A DNA stretch of 64,000 nt from the NCBI RefSeq assembly GCF_016026235.1, contig NZ_CP065613.1. One strand, written 5' to 3'. This DNA comes from Escherichia coli (GTDB lineage: Bacteria; Pseudomonadota; Gammaproteobacteria; Enterobacterales; Enterobacteriaceae). Shown piece by piece: positions 18,863 through 33,241 of the stretch (position 1 is its first letter; every line of letters begins with the position of its first letter). Made by a program: the position numbers and the translations under genes. The notes beneath the pieces were generated by a model. That model did not search any database. It was not told the origin of the DNA and saw nothing but the letters and a program-made list of their open reading frames with translations.

Positions 18863-20461
18863 ATGCGTAAAACAGTGGCTTTTGGCTTTGTCGGAACGGT
18901 GCTGGATTATGCCGGGCGCGGCAGTCAGCGCTGGTCGAAATGGCGTCCGACACTCTGTTTATGCCAGCAAGAATCGTTGGTCATCGATCGACTGGAATTA
19001 TTGCATGACGCCCGCTCGCGCTCGCTATTTGAAACGCTTAAACGCGATATCGCCAGCGTTTCGCCAGAAACAGAAGTGGTGAGCGTTGAGATTGAACTGC
19101 ATAACCCGTGGGATTTCGAAGAGGTTTACGCTTGCCTGCATGATTTCGCCCGTGGTTACGAGTTTCAGCCAGAAAAAGAAGACTATTTAATTCACATTAC
19201 CACCGGCACCCACGTCGCGCAGATTTGCTGGTTTCTGCTGGCGGAAGCGCGTTACCTGCCCGCCCGGCTGATACAATCTTCACCTCCGCGCAAAAAAGAA
19301 CAGCCGCGCGGCGCAGGTGAAGTGACGATTATCGATCTCGATTTAAGCCGTTATAACGCCATCGCCAGCCGCTTTGCCGAGGAACGCCAGCAAACGCTTG
19401 ATTTTCTTAAGTCCGGCATTGCCACGCGTAACCCCCACTTCAACCGCATGATTGAGCAGATCGAAAAAGTGGCGATCAAATCCCGCGCGCCGATTCTGCT
19501 TAACGGTCCAACCGGCGCGGGCAAGTCATTTCTGGCGCGACGCATCTTCGAGTTAAAACAGGCGCGGCATCAGTTTAGCGGCGCGTTTGTGGAAGTGAAC
19601 TGCGCCACCCTGCGCGGCGATACCGCCATGTCGACGCTGTTTGGTCATGTAAAAGGCGCGTTTACCGGGGCGCGGGAATCTCGTGAAGGTTTATTACGCA
19701 GCGCCAACGGCGGAATGTTGTTTCTTGATGAGATTGGCGAACTGGGCGCAGACGAACAGGCAATGCTGCTTAAAGCCATTGAAGAAAAAACCTTTTATCC
19801 GTTTGGCGGCGATCGCCAGGTGAGCAGTGATTTTCAGCTTATCGCCGGAACGGTGCGTGATTTGCGCCAGCTGGTTGCCGAAGGAAAATTTCGCGAAGAC
19901 CTGTACGCGCGGATCAATCTCTGGACCTTCACCCTGCCGGGGCTGCGCCAGCGCCAGGAAGATATTGAACCTAACCTGGATTATGAAGTGGAGCGCCACG
20001 CCTCACTCACTGGCGACAGCGTGCGTTTTAACACCGAAGCGCGGCGTGCCTGGCTGGCCTTTGCGACATCTCCCCAGGCAACATGGCGCGGTAACTTTCG
20101 CGAGCTTTCTGCCAGCGTCACGCGGATGGCTACCTTTGCCACTAGCGGACGCATCACTCTGGACGTGGTTGAAGATGAGATAAACCGTCTGCGCTATAAC
20201 TGGCAGGAGAGTCGCCCCTCCGCGCTTACGCAGCTACTGGGCGCAGAGGCAGAAAACATCGATCTCTTCGACCGTATGCAACTGGAACACGTTATCGCTA
20301 TCTGCCGCCAGGCAAAGTCGCTTTCCGCAGCCGGACGCCAGCTTTTTGACGTTTCGCGCCAGGGCAAAGCCAGCGTCAATGACGCGGATCGGCTACGCAA
20401 ATACCTGGCGCGTTTTGGTCTGACGTGGGAAGCATTGCAGGATCAGCACAGCTCCAGTTGA
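18863..20461 (+). CDS. rtcR: Sigma-54-dependent transcriptional activator RtcR (N-terminal CARF-like sensor, AAA+ domain)
   Basis: 532 aa; AAA+ sigma-54 interaction region with GAFTGA-type loop (VKGAFTGA). Confidence 0.9.
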   Translation: MRKTVAFGFVGTVLDYAGRGSQRWSKWRPTLCLCQQESLVIDRLELLHDARSRSLFETLKRDIASVSPETEVVSVEIELHNPWDFEEVYACLHDFARGYEFQPEKEDYLIHITTGTHVAQICWFLLAEARYLPARLIQSSPPRKKEQPRGAGEVTIIDLDLSRYNAIASRFAEERQQTLDFLKSGIATRNPHFNRMIEQIEKVAIKSRAPILLNGPTGAGKSFLARRIFELKQARHQFSGAFVEVNCATLRGDTAMSTLFGHVKGAFTGARESREGLLRSANGGMLFLDEIGELGADEQAMLLKAIEEKTFYPFGGDRQVSSDFQLIAGTVRDLRQLVAEGKFREDLYARINLWTFTLPGLRQRQEDIEPNLDYEVERHASLTGDSVRFNTEARRAWLAFATSPQATWRGNFRELSASVTRMATFATSGRITLDVVEDEINRLRYNWQESRPSALTQLLGAEAENIDLFDRMQLEHVIAICRQAKSLSAAGRQLFDVSRQGKASVNDADRLRKYLARFGLTWEALQDQHSSS

Positions 20462-21201
20462 ATATGGTGGTCCGTCAGCACCTGCATCACGCTTACTGGC
20501 GGCGGGGCGTCGGTGTAGACGGCATCTACCATGCTGATGCTGCCCATATTGACCATCGCGTTACGGCCAAATTTCGAGTGATCGACAACCAGCATAACGT
20601 GGCGCGAGTTCTCAATAATGGCGCGTTTGGTGCGAACTTCGTGGTAATCGAACTCCAGCAGCGAGCCGTCGCTATCGATGCCGCTTATCCCCAGAATGCC
20701 GAAATCAAGGCGGAACTGGGAGATAAAATCGAGCGTCGCTTCGCCAATGATCCCGCCATCGCGGCTGCGTAATTCGCCACCGGCGAGAATAATACGGAAA
20801 TCCTATTTTACCATCAGCGTGTTAGCAACGTTAAGATTGTTGGTGACAATGCGCAAATTGCTGTGATTGAGCAGCGCGTGCGCCACCGCTTCCGGCGTGG
20901 TGCCGATATCGATAAACAGCGTCGAGCCATTGGGGATTTGCTCCGCCACTTTGCGGGCGATGCGCTCTTTTTCTTCGGTCTGGGTGGCTTTACGATCGTG
21001 CCACGGCGTGTTAACCGAACTGGAAGGCAGCGCCGCACCGCCATGATGGCGCAGGATCAGGTTTTGCTCCGCCAGCTCATTGAGGTCGCGGCGAATAGTC
21101 TGCGGGCTGACGGAGAAGTGCTCCACCAGCTCCTCGGTACTGACATAACCCTGCTGTTTAACCAGTTCGATAATACCGTTGTGACGTTGTGTTTGTTTCA
21201 T
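20443..21201 (-). pseudogene. glpR: glp regulon repressor GlpR (DeoR family) interrupted by an in-frame TAG at 20803..20805
   Basis: N-terminal 132 codons (MKQTQRHNGIIELVKQQGY...NTLMVK) end at TAG; the same frame continues DFRIILAGGELRSRDGG...HHIQLELC to the natural stop at 20443..20445. Confidence 0.8.
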
Positions 21202-21217
21202 TTCTAAATCCCTGGAA

Positions 21218-22060
<843 letters not shown>

Positions 22061-22092
22061 TTATTCCACACAAAAGGGGACAGTATAAAGCG

Positions 22093-22608
<516 letters not shown>

Positions 22609-24114
22609 ATGGAAACCAAAGATCTGATTGTGATAGGTGGCGGCATCAATGGTGCTGGTATCGCGGCAGACGCCGCTGGACGCGGTTTATCCGTGCTGAT
22701 GCTGGAGGCGCAGGATCTCGCTTGCGCGACCTCTTCCGCCAGTTCAAAACTCATTCACGGTGGCCTGCGCTACCTTGAGCACTATGAATTCCGCCTGGTC
22801 AGCGAGGCGCTGGCTGAACGTGAAGTGCTGCTGAAAATGGCCCCGCATATCGCCTTCCCGATGCGTTTTCGCCTGCCACATCGTCCGCATCTGCGCCCGG
22901 CGTGGATGATTCGCATTGGTCTGTTTATGTACGATCATCTGGGTAAACGCACCAGCCTGCCGGGATCAACTGGTTTGCGTTTTGGCGCAAATTCAGTGTT
23001 AAAACCGGAAATTAAGCGCGGATTCGAATATTCCGACTGTTGGGTAGACGATGCCCGTCTGGTGCTCGCCAACACCCAGATGGTGGTGCGTAAAGGCGGC
23101 GAAGTGCTTACTCGTACTCGTGCTACTTCTGCTCGTCGCGAAAACGGCCTGTGGATTGTGGAAGCGGAAGATATCGATACCGGCAAAAAATATAGCTGGC
23201 AAGCGCGCGGCCTGGTTAACGCCACCGGCCCGTGGGTGAAACAGTTCTTCGACGACGGGATGCATCTGCCTTCGCCTTATGGCATTCGCCTGATCAAAGG
23301 CAGCCATATTGTGGTGCCGCGCGTGCATACCCAGAAGCAAGCCTACATTCTGCAAAACGAAGATAAACGTATTGTGTTCGTGATCCCGTGGATGGACGAG
23401 TTTTCCATCATCGGCACTACCGATGTCGAGTACAAAGGCGATCCGAAAGCGGTGAAGATTGAAGAGAGTGAAATCAATTACCTGCTGAATGTGTATAACA
23501 CGCACTTTAAAAAGCAGTTAAGCCGTGACGATATCGTCTGGACCTACTCCGGTGTGCGTCCGCTGTGTGATGATGAGTCCGACTCGCCGCAGGCTATTAC
23601 CCGTGATTACACCCTTGATATTCATGATGAAAATGGCAAAGCACCGCTGCTGTCGGTATTCGGCGGTAAGCTGACCACCTACCGAAAACTGGCGGAACAT
23701 GCGCTGGAAAAACTAACGCCGTATTATCAGGGTATTGGCCCGGCATGGACGAAAGAGAGCGTGCTACCGGGTGGCGCCATCGAGGGCGACCGCGACGATT
23801 ACGCAGCTCGTCTGCGCCGTCGCTATCCATTCCTGACTGAATCGCTGGCGCGTCATTACGCACGCACTTACGGCAGCAACAGCGAGCTGCTGCTCGGCAA
23901 TGCGGGGGCGATAAGCGACCTCGGGGAGGATTTCGGTCATGAGTTCTACGAAGCGGAACTGAAATACCTGGTGGATCACGAATGGGTCCGCCGCACCGAC
24001 GATGCCCTTTGGCGTCGCACAAAACAAGGCATGTGGCTGAATGCGGATCAACAATCTCGTGTGAGTCAGTGGCTGGTGGAATATACGCAGCAGAAGTTGT
24101 CGCTGGCGTCGTAA
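22609..24114 (+). CDS. glpD: Aerobic glycerol-3-phosphate dehydrogenase (FAD-dependent)
   Basis: ORF 22594..24114; start at METKDLIVIGGGINGAG (FAD-binding GxGxxG) giving 501 aa. Confidence 0.95.
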   Translation: METKDLIVIGGGINGAGIAADAAGRGLSVLMLEAQDLACATSSASSKLIHGGLRYLEHYEFRLVSEALAEREVLLKMAPHIAFPMRFRLPHRPHLRPAWMIRIGLFMYDHLGKRTSLPGSTGLRFGANSVLKPEIKRGFEYSDCWVDDARLVLANTQMVVRKGGEVLTRTRATSARRENGLWIVEAEDIDTGKKYSWQARGLVNATGPWVKQFFDDGMHLPSPYGIRLIKGSHIVVPRVHTQKQAYILQNEDKRIVFVIPWMDEFSIIGTTDVEYKGDPKAVKIEESEINYLLNVYNTHFKKQLSRDDIVWTYSGVRPLCDDESDSPQAITRDYTLDIHDENGKAPLLSVFGGKLTTYRKLAEHALEKLTPYYQGIGPAWTKESVLPGGAIEGDRDDYAARLRRRYPFLTESLARHYARTYGSNSELLLGNAGAISDLGEDFGHEFYEAELKYLVDHEWVRRTDDALWRRTKQGMWLNADQQSRVSQWLVEYTQQKLSLAS

Positions 24115-24121
24115 GGATGAT

Positions 24122-24150
24122 GCCCGGTTGAAGTGCAACCGGGCTATTTG
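24122..24150 (+). terminator. glpD Rho-independent terminator
   Basis: GCCCGGTTG-aagtg-CAACCGGGC stem followed by TATTT. Confidence 0.6.
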
Positions 24151-24165
24151 GATTCCTTAGACTAT

Positions 24166-24771
24166 TCATTGTAAATAATTGAATAACGGCCCCTGAGCTA
24201 AAATCGCCAAACTTAAGCACGTTACCCAATCGCCCCACTTCTTCCTCTGGTTTCTATTTTTTCTGCACCAATGGCAATAATATCCCAATGCAAAACCAAG
24301 CTGTGCACTAATCGGGCCGACAAAATCAGTCCAAGGCTGCGGCCAAAAAGGGGAAAAATTCAGGGGAGGCCAGACAAACGTCAGAAAGAAATTTCGGATA
24401 TTTTCCAGCAACGCTGATTTCTCTGGAGAAATATAAAGAATGAAATTCGAGAGAATTAACCAGAAATAGACCGGCGAAAAGACCAGCCAGCAATGCAGTC
24501 TGTTTTTTAATTCAGGAGGCGTTCTGCGGGAGAATTGCCAACCGATGCCAGCCATTACACTGAAAAAAAGTGCATATTCAACCATTAACTCAAGTTGTAA
24601 TTCCTGAAGAGAAATACGCACAACCAGGAGCGGAAAGGAGAATATTATTTCTGCCAGAAAAGTTAACGTGAATATAAGTACGGCTAAGACAATAACCGTC
24701 GGCCATACCAATAATGGCACGATAACAAAACCGAGAATTACAGGGGGAATATAAAGCCGGAATTTAATCAT
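24166..24771 (-). CDS. Small polytopic membrane protein (about 5 TM helices), unknown function; 4th gene of the accessory operon
   Basis: 201-aa ORF, strongly hydrophobic segments; start 2 nt after the upstream gene's stop. Confidence 0.6.
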   Translation of the reverse strand: MIKFRLYIPPVILGFVIVPLLVWPTVIVLAVLIFTLTFLAEIIFSFPLLVVRISLQELQLELMVEYALFFSVMAGIGWQFSRRTPPELKNRLHCWLVFSPVYFWLILSNFILYISPEKSALLENIRNFFLTFVWPPLNFSPFWPQPWTDFVGPISAQLGFALGYYCHWCRKNRNQRKKWGDWVTCLSLAILAQGPLFNYLQ

Positions 24772-24773
24772 TT

Positions 24774-25541
24774 TTATTTTCCTGGTGATTCGGATGATGC
24801 GTCATACATCGCGCATAAACACTCATCAATTATCCAGTCATCTTCCCAGACCTGATATTCTGTCATTGGTTCGGGCTGTTTTAGCGGGTTCTCAATCGCT
24901 TGCCGCGCTCTTTCTTTCAGTAAAGGATGATTATTTCTAGCCCAGGCATTGATTTGGGTGGTAATGACGTTATCGATATCGTCCTGGTTATCTCTGATAT
25001 AATCCTCACAATATCTGTTCAATAAACAGGCAAGAGAAACGGTCGACCAAAAGCCGGGAACTGAATTAATGGCATCCAGCAATGGCGCAAGAGCGATATC
25101 GGCACGGAAAAACATTTCCAGCATATACTGTAATTCGACAGCTTCATCGCCGGATACCCAATCAGTCATATACTGGCAGGCAAATCGCTGTAAAATTGCC
25201 CGTTCATCCGCACGCCAGTTTTCTTTGTTGGCAAGGTTGATACGGCGCAGAGAAAAAACTACGTGAATATTGTCAAAATGCCCCTGTGCAACAAATTCCA
25301 GTAAACGCGGCAGAAAATAGCGGACCTCATCGCTATTTTGCGGATCAGGCCCTGGGCTACTATTCCAGGCATTGATTAAGGAATACGGGATCGCTCGTAA
25401 CGATGTACTCCGTAATGCCTTTTGTTCCTGCTGACTCAGGCAATATTCACAACAAACCACAAATTTCTGCGGCACCCGATAACGACGAAAGGTGTGATAA
25501 ATCTGCTCAATTAATGCCTGCATGGCGGGGCTGGGTTGCAT
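24774..25541 (-). CDS. Hypothetical soluble Cys-containing protein, unknown function; 3rd gene of the accessory operon
   Basis: 255-aa ORF; no family recognised by eye; CCEYC near the N-terminus and CLC near the C-terminus. Confidence 0.55.
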   Translation of the reverse strand: MQPSPAMQALIEQIYHTFRRYRVPQKFVVCCEYCLSQQEQKALRSTSLRAIPYSLINAWNSSPGPDPQNSDEVRYFLPRLLEFVAQGHFDNIHVVFSLRRINLANKENWRADERAILQRFACQYMTDWVSGDEAVELQYMLEMFFRADIALAPLLDAINSVPGFWSTVSLACLLNRYCEDYIRDNQDDIDNVITTQINAWARNNHPLLKERARQAIENPLKQPEPMTEYQVWEDDWIIDECLCAMYDASSESPGK

Positions 25542-25543
25542 AG

Positions 25544-26254
25544 TTACCCCCTCGCCCGCTGATCGCGTGTAAACGGTTGATAGACAAAACGAGCATTCGC
25601 CGCGTTCAGGCGAATAAGGGCGCTACGCGAAAGGGAAAAGCTGGGGCGAATGCAACTATTGCAGTCTCGACAGCTTTCCTCTGCGCAATTTTCCACTGAG
25701 TAATGACGCGTGTAGAGTTTCAGTTCGGCCTGCTTATCGCGAAATCCGCGTAAACTGTTATTGTTATGAAATTTCCAGGCATCTTTAAAGACCTGAAAGA
25801 TATAGACATCCTCAATCCAGGAGTCACATTTTTTAAGCGGGCGCTTTGCTATTATCACCCGCTCATCCGGATTTAGCATCGCCGTAAATTGTACGGTGAC
25901 GTCATTTGTCGTGTTCAGGTCACATTGAACATCTGGTACATCACTGATATAGGGGTCAAATCCAAAATCAGCACCACAGGCACAAAGACGGCTAATGGTG
26001 GCGGTATCGAGGGAAAATCCCGGCCATACCTTGCTGGAGGTTAAGCCAATATTTAATGTGACATCATATCGAAGCAATCCCTCAAGACCGTCAGCACCGA
26101 CGAACTTTTCCCCTTCATCCAGGGCCTGGTTAATAAGTTGCTGAACAATGCCTTCATCCCAGTATGCCGATTTGCAGTTGGCAATCGTAATATCCACGCC
26201 TGTGAAGGGATCAGTACCGGCAAGGCTTGCAAATAATGTATTAACTAATTCCAT
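25544..26254 (-). CDS. Hypothetical soluble protein with C-terminal Cys cluster CxxxxCxxCxxC; 2nd gene of the accessory operon
   Basis: 236-aa ORF; CAEESCRDCNSC motif; no family recognised by eye. Confidence 0.55.
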   Translation of the reverse strand: MELVNTLFASLAGTDPFTGVDITIANCKSAYWDEGIVQQLINQALDEGEKFVGADGLEGLLRYDVTLNIGLTSSKVWPGFSLDTATISRLCACGADFGFDPYISDVPDVQCDLNTTNDVTVQFTAMLNPDERVIIAKRPLKKCDSWIEDVYIFQVFKDAWKFHNNNSLRGFRDKQAELKLYTRHYSVENCAEESCRDCNSCIRPSFSLSRSALIRLNAANARFVYQPFTRDQRARG

Positions 26255-26269
26255 TTTTATTATCCAGCT

Positions 26270-27787
26270 TTAAGGTAGCGTCTTATACATCGGGACATAA
26301 CCTACATCTTCCACCAAACTCTGTCCCTGCGGCGTTAAAAACCACTCCAACAATTTTTGTGTCTCTGACGTCGTATTTTCCCGCGTTACCATAAAGGCAT
26401 CGACGATATAGGGATATTTGCCGTTGCGAATGTTTTCGGCAGTCGGTGCAATACCGTTAATCGCTAGCAGTTTTATATTTTTATCGGCGTTCATTTGTGT
26501 TGCGTAATAACGGAAGGTGTAACCTATTGCGTTGTTTGTATTACGGTATTCGGCAACGACTTTAATCATTCCCTCCATCATACTTGCCACTTCTGTTTCC
26601 TGCGGCGAGATCATGCGGACATTTTTCATGACCTGGGATTGCATCACCGTCTGGCTGCCAGAGTCTTCCGGGCGCTGCCAGGTCTGGATCTCCTGATCGT
26701 TACCGCCAACAGTACGCCAGTTGGTAATTGCACCACTGAAAATGTCACGCACCTGTTGTTCAGTCAGGGAATTAACCGGATTATCCGCATTGACGATGAA
26801 AACGAATGCTTCACGGGCAAAGGGGGTGTACAGCAAAGTGACACCAGATTCCTTTGCACGTTTTTTTTGCCCACCGGAAGGTTGCGCCACAAAAATAATA
26901 TCAGCATCGCCCTTAACGATTTTGTTATATGCTTCTGGCGTACGAGAGTTTTCCAGATAATCCCAAACGTGAAAATCCTCTGGTATTACACTTAATGCAT
27001 AAAATGCAGAAGCATAAATTGGGTACGCAGCCGTGGCGCCATCGATTCGCGGCCAGTTTTGCCTAAACTGAATTTGCGGTTTGCCACGCAGTGGCGTCAG
27101 TCGATTATTGAGTTTATCGGGTCGCCAGGCCCAGATATCAATATTTTCGCGTACACCGACACCAGGATTTTGCTGCTTATATAAATGGGCCTGATACCCA
27201 GCGACAATACCAAGTAAGAGAAGTAGAAACAGGAGTAAGTTACGGCAACGTAGTCCGGACGTGCCGGATAAAGGATATCTGGTCGGCCAGGCGTATCCCA
27301 GCGAAAAACTGATATGCGCCCCAACGGGAATAATGACCATCCACCAGTACTCACCACCCACTAATGAGACTAAAAAAACGCCCAACCAGGGAAGCATAAG
27401 GTTTGCCAACCAACCAGCTCCCATCTGGCGAAATTGATAATCTGCCAGATGTAGCGTGATTATCCAGCCAACCAGGGTTAATAGCGCGGGTAAGAGAAAA
27501 AAGCATTGCCGCCAGACGGCTATTTCTCTGTTTTCTGGCGCGCTATCACCGGCCCACACGCGACCAGAGAAAAATATTATTACCGCCCCCAGCGTCAGCA
27601 TAAAGACGTTGAGTAGAAGATAAATTGTTGGCGTGATAAGGATATTACAAACTTCAATAATACCGGTAAGCCCGACACCCAGCATGGCAACAACCGCTGC
27701 CAAAAATTGCGCCAGTATGGGGATGCCGAAAAAAGTCATTATCAGCGAGGTCAAAATCCATTTTCTATTTGGCATCATTCTGTCCAT
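26270..27787 (-). CDS. Membrane-anchored PstS-like (phosphate-binding-protein fold) protein; 1st gene of the accessory operon
   Basis: 505-aa ORF; N-terminal about 200 aa with 5-6 hydrophobic helices, C-terminal about 280 aa with PstS-like segments (GATAAYPIY, AIGYTFRYYA, TNWRTVGG); AGGAAG Shine-Dalgarno upstream. Confidence 0.65.
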   Translation of the reverse strand: MDRMMPNRKWILTSLIMTFFGIPILAQFLAAVVAMLGVGLTGIIEVCNILITPTIYLLLNVFMLTLGAVIIFFSGRVWAGDSAPENREIAVWRQCFFLLPALLTLVGWIITLHLADYQFRQMGAGWLANLMLPWLGVFLVSLVGGEYWWMVIIPVGAHISFSLGYAWPTRYPLSGTSGLRCRNLLLFLLLLLGIVAGYQAHLYKQQNPGVGVRENIDIWAWRPDKLNNRLTPLRGKPQIQFRQNWPRIDGATAAYPIYASAFYALSVIPEDFHVWDYLENSRTPEAYNKIVKGDADIIFVAQPSGGQKKRAKESGVTLLYTPFAREAFVFIVNADNPVNSLTEQQVRDIFSGAITNWRTVGGNDQEIQTWQRPEDSGSQTVMQSQVMKNVRMISPQETEVASMMEGMIKVVAEYRNTNNAIGYTFRYYATQMNADKNIKLLAINGIAPTAENIRNGKYPYIVDAFMVTRENTTSETQKLLEWFLTPQGQSLVEDVGYVPMYKTLP

Positions 27788-27870
27788 TCTTCCTGAATGA
27801 CGGAATTATACTCCCCGAGAACCCTCGCCCCCTCTGGACACTTTTCCGAAATGATGGCGAAAAAAAACGG

Positions 27871-27882
27871 GACCCTTTGGCC
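27871..27882. repeat. IS4 target-site duplication, copy 1 (GACCCTTTGGCC)
   Basis: Identical 12-mer directly abuts both IS4 termini. Confidence 0.85.
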
Positions 27883-29308
27883 TAATGCCAGTCAGTTAAG
27901 CAACTGACTGGCTCTTTTTCGGGGCTGTGGGGTATTTCCAGGGCCTCTCCTTTACCACTCTCGGGAAGGCCCTTCCCCTTCTCGTCGGTAATTTCACAAG
28001 TTGTCCCATACTTGCAAGATCGCGCATCAGCTCCGGTATACGTCCCGGTGAAGCGCCCTGCAATGTCATCAGCATTCTCATCACCATTCCGCATGATTCT
28101 GAGAAACTCAGTTGATTCGGCCAGTAACCTTTCAGATGTTCCGCCATTTTAATCATCTGATATCTCACCAGATTATAAGCCAGTAAGACACCCCACAGCT
28201 CTTGCTCCACAAGCTCCGGCTTTTTACTTCTCAGCGTCAGCCTGCTCAGTTGCATCGTCTGTTTTATCTCCCTGTATCCCAGTTCGATTTCCCAGCGATG
28301 ACTGTACAGATCCGCCATTTCTCCTCCGGGGAAGCGCATGGCGTCCGTCATCGACGTCAGCAGATGGCAGACTTTTCCTTTGCGCGTCACGGTCAGCAGG
28401 CGGGCTGTCACTTCATTTCCCAGTCCCGGCCACTTTTTTCGTGCCTGCGGGCTGGTTTTCAGCTTCACCAGATGATCGCCTTTACCCAGTTTTCTGAGCT
28501 CTTCATATTGCGCTCCCTTTCTGAGAGGTATCATCCAGTGGCGGTGTTCTCCCGCCAGGCTCCAGGCATTTAACAGTCCCAGTGAGTAATAACCTTTATC
28601 CATTAACGTCAGAGTGTTATCGCCGGTTTGTTCTATAAGTTGCTCAGCAAGCTCATTTTCGCTGTTCTTCATCGTGCCGAAGGCTGCAGCCGTCAGCAGA
28701 TGGCTGGTCAGTTCCATCTGGCAGACCATTTTGACCTGCGGGTAGAGCGCCGGGTTCCCGGCATGTGTCTGGCGGGGGAAGGCTGCATCGTTCTCTGGTG
28801 TATCCGGTGTGCGCCAGAACACACCATCGATGGCCAGCAGGGTCAGGCCGCACCAGTGCGGATGCGGCGTGGCGTTATGCCAGAGCTGCGCTGTTTTCGT
28901 GAACACGCGGCGGACAGCCTCACTTCCCAGGCGCTGGCGGGCCTGAATAACGGCACTGGGGGCAACGAAGGGGCGATTGCCCGGCAGCATGATGTCCAGG
29001 CGATTCACAATCTGGTGAAGAGGTTCTTTACGCTCAAGCGCCATGCCAACAATACACCAGACCATCATTTCGAGGGGAAGACGGCGCTTGCGTAGCGTTA
29101 CAGTACCTGATTCGGCAAGGCAACGAGAGATGAGTTCGGGGTCGAGGTAATCCCCCAGAGAAGTCAGTGGGTTACGCAGAGAATCGTAACGGGATACCAG
29201 ATCAAGAGCCTGTCCAATGTGCATAAAAAAATCCGGAAACAAGTGAGCGTTTCCGGATTCTTACACAGCCACTGGATCGGTCAACTGATCCTTAACTGAT
29301 CGGCATTA
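27883..29308 (-). mobile_element. IS4 insertion sequence (1426 bp) with imperfect terminal inverted repeats
   Basis: Termini TAATGCCAGTCAGTTAAG (27883) and the reverse complement of TAATGCCGATCAGTTAAGG (29308); single IS4-family DDE transposase ORF inside; flanked by a 12-bp direct repeat. Confidence 0.9.
27896..29224 (-). CDS. insG: IS4 transposase (DDE)
   Basis: ORF 27896..29242; 442 aa from [14 protein letters not shown], matching the IS4 transposase as I recall it. Confidence 0.85.
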   Translation of the reverse strand: MHIGQALDLVSRYDSLRNPLTSLGDYLDPELISRCLAESGTVTLRKRRLPLEMMVWCIVGMALERKEPLHQIVNRLDIMLPGNRPFVAPSAVIQARQRLGSEAVRRVFTKTAQLWHNATPHPHWCGLTLLAIDGVFWRTPDTPENDAAFPRQTHAGNPALYPQVKMVCQMELTSHLLTAAAFGTMKNSENELAEQLIEQTGDNTLTLMDKGYYSLGLLNAWSLAGEHRHWMIPLRKGAQYEELRKLGKGDHLVKLKTSPQARKKWPGLGNEVTARLLTVTRKGKVCHLLTSMTDAMRFPGGEMADLYSHRWEIELGYREIKQTMQLSRLTLRSKKPELVEQELWGVLLAYNLVRYQMIKMAEHLKGYWPNQLSFSESCGMVMRMLMTLQGASPGRIPELMRDLASMGQLVKLPTRRGRAFPRVVKERPWKYPTAPKKSQSVA

Positions 29309-29320
29309 GACCCTTTGGCC
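29309..29320. repeat. IS4 target-site duplication, copy 2 (GACCCTTTGGCC)
   Basis: Identical to 27871..27882. Confidence 0.85.
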
Positions 29321-29341
29321 CCGTTCTATTTATTGGTGAAA

Positions 29342-31807
<2,466 letters not shown>

Positions 31808-33241
31808 CTATTTCAAGCGATAGTAAAGCTCACGGTACGACTTCGCCGCGACCTGCCAGCTAAAATCCATTGCCATAGCCTGACGTTGCACAAACCGCCA
31901 CAGTGAAGGACGGGACCACAGTACAAAAGCACGTCGAATAGCCCGTAATAGCGACCAGGCATTACTATCTTCAAAGACAAACCCACTGGCGACGCCATCT
32001 GCAAGGTTCTCAAGAGAACAGTCAGAAACCGTATCAGCAAGCCCACCGGTGCGCCGCACTAACGGCAGCGTACCGTACTTCAATCCATAAAGTTGCGTTA
32101 AGCCGCACGGTTCAAAACGGCTGGGCACCAGAATGACGTCCGCGCCGCCCATAATGCGATGCGAAAATGCTTCGTGATAGCCAATCTGAACGCCCACCTG
32201 GCCGGGGTATTCCGCTGCCGCCGCAAGGAAACCTTCCTGCAGCACCGGATCGCCCGCGCCGAGTAGCGCCAGCTGCCCGCCCTGCTCCAGAAGGCCCGGT
32301 AAGGCTTCCAGCACCAGGTCGAGACCTTTCTGGCTGGTCAGACGGCTCACCACTGCAAAAAGCGGCACTTTATCGTCAACCTTAAGCCCCATTGCGATTT
32401 GTAACTGGCGCTTATTTTCCGCTTTATCTTCCAACGTATCGCGGGTGTAACGCGAGGCCAACAGTAAGTCCGTCTCTGGACTCCAGATTTTCTCGTCCAC
32501 GCCGTTCAGTACGCCGGAAAGACGCCCTTCACGGTGACGCTGTTGCAACAGACCTTCCATACCGTAGGCAAACTGCGGTTCGGTGATCTCGCGAGCGTAG
32601 GTTGGACTGACCGCCGTAATGTGATCGGCATAGTACAGACCGGCCTTCAGGAAAGAGATTTGTCCGTTGAATTCCAGCCCATGAATATTAAAGAATGACC
32701 ATGGCAATTGGATGTCATTCATGTGATGTGCATAAAACATGCCTTGATAGGCCAGGTTGTGCACAGTAAACACCGACTTCGCCGGACGCCCGCGCGCCGC
32801 CAGATACGCAGGCGCAAGGCCTGCATGCCAGTCGTGCGCATGCACCACATCAGGACGCCAGAATGGGTCAAGCCCGCTGGCCATTTCTGCCCCAACCCAC
32901 CCCAGCAGCGCAAAACGCAATACGTTGTCGGTATAGGCAAATAAGTTGGTATCGTGATACGGGCTTCCCGGACGATCATAGAGATGCGGCGCGTCAATCA
33001 GGTATATGCCAACCCCGTTGTAATGACCGAACAACAGCGTGATATGTCCGGCGAAGGTATCACGACGGGATACTACCTGCGCATCGGTCACGCCACGGCG
33101 AATATCGGGAAATGCAGGCAACAGTACGCGAGCGTCAACGCCGTCTGCGATTTGTGCTGCGGGTAATGCCCCAATAACATCAGCCAGACCGCCGGTTTTA
33201 AGCAGCGGGAACATCTCTGAACATACATGTAAAACCTGCAT
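31808..33241 (-). CDS. glgA: Glycogen synthase
   Basis: 477 aa; N-terminal KTGGLADV motif. Confidence 0.95.

Noticed and set aside
20425-20772. 115-aa plus-strand ORF
   Set aside because: Antisense to the C-terminal half of glpR; the minus-strand frame reads a coherent DeoR effector domain.
24166-27787. Interpretation of the PstS-like gene as part of a phosphate ABC transporter (pst)
   Set aside because: No ABC permease or ATPase genes accompany it and the binding domain is fused to its own membrane domain; the other three genes do not resemble PstC, PstA, PstB or PhoU.
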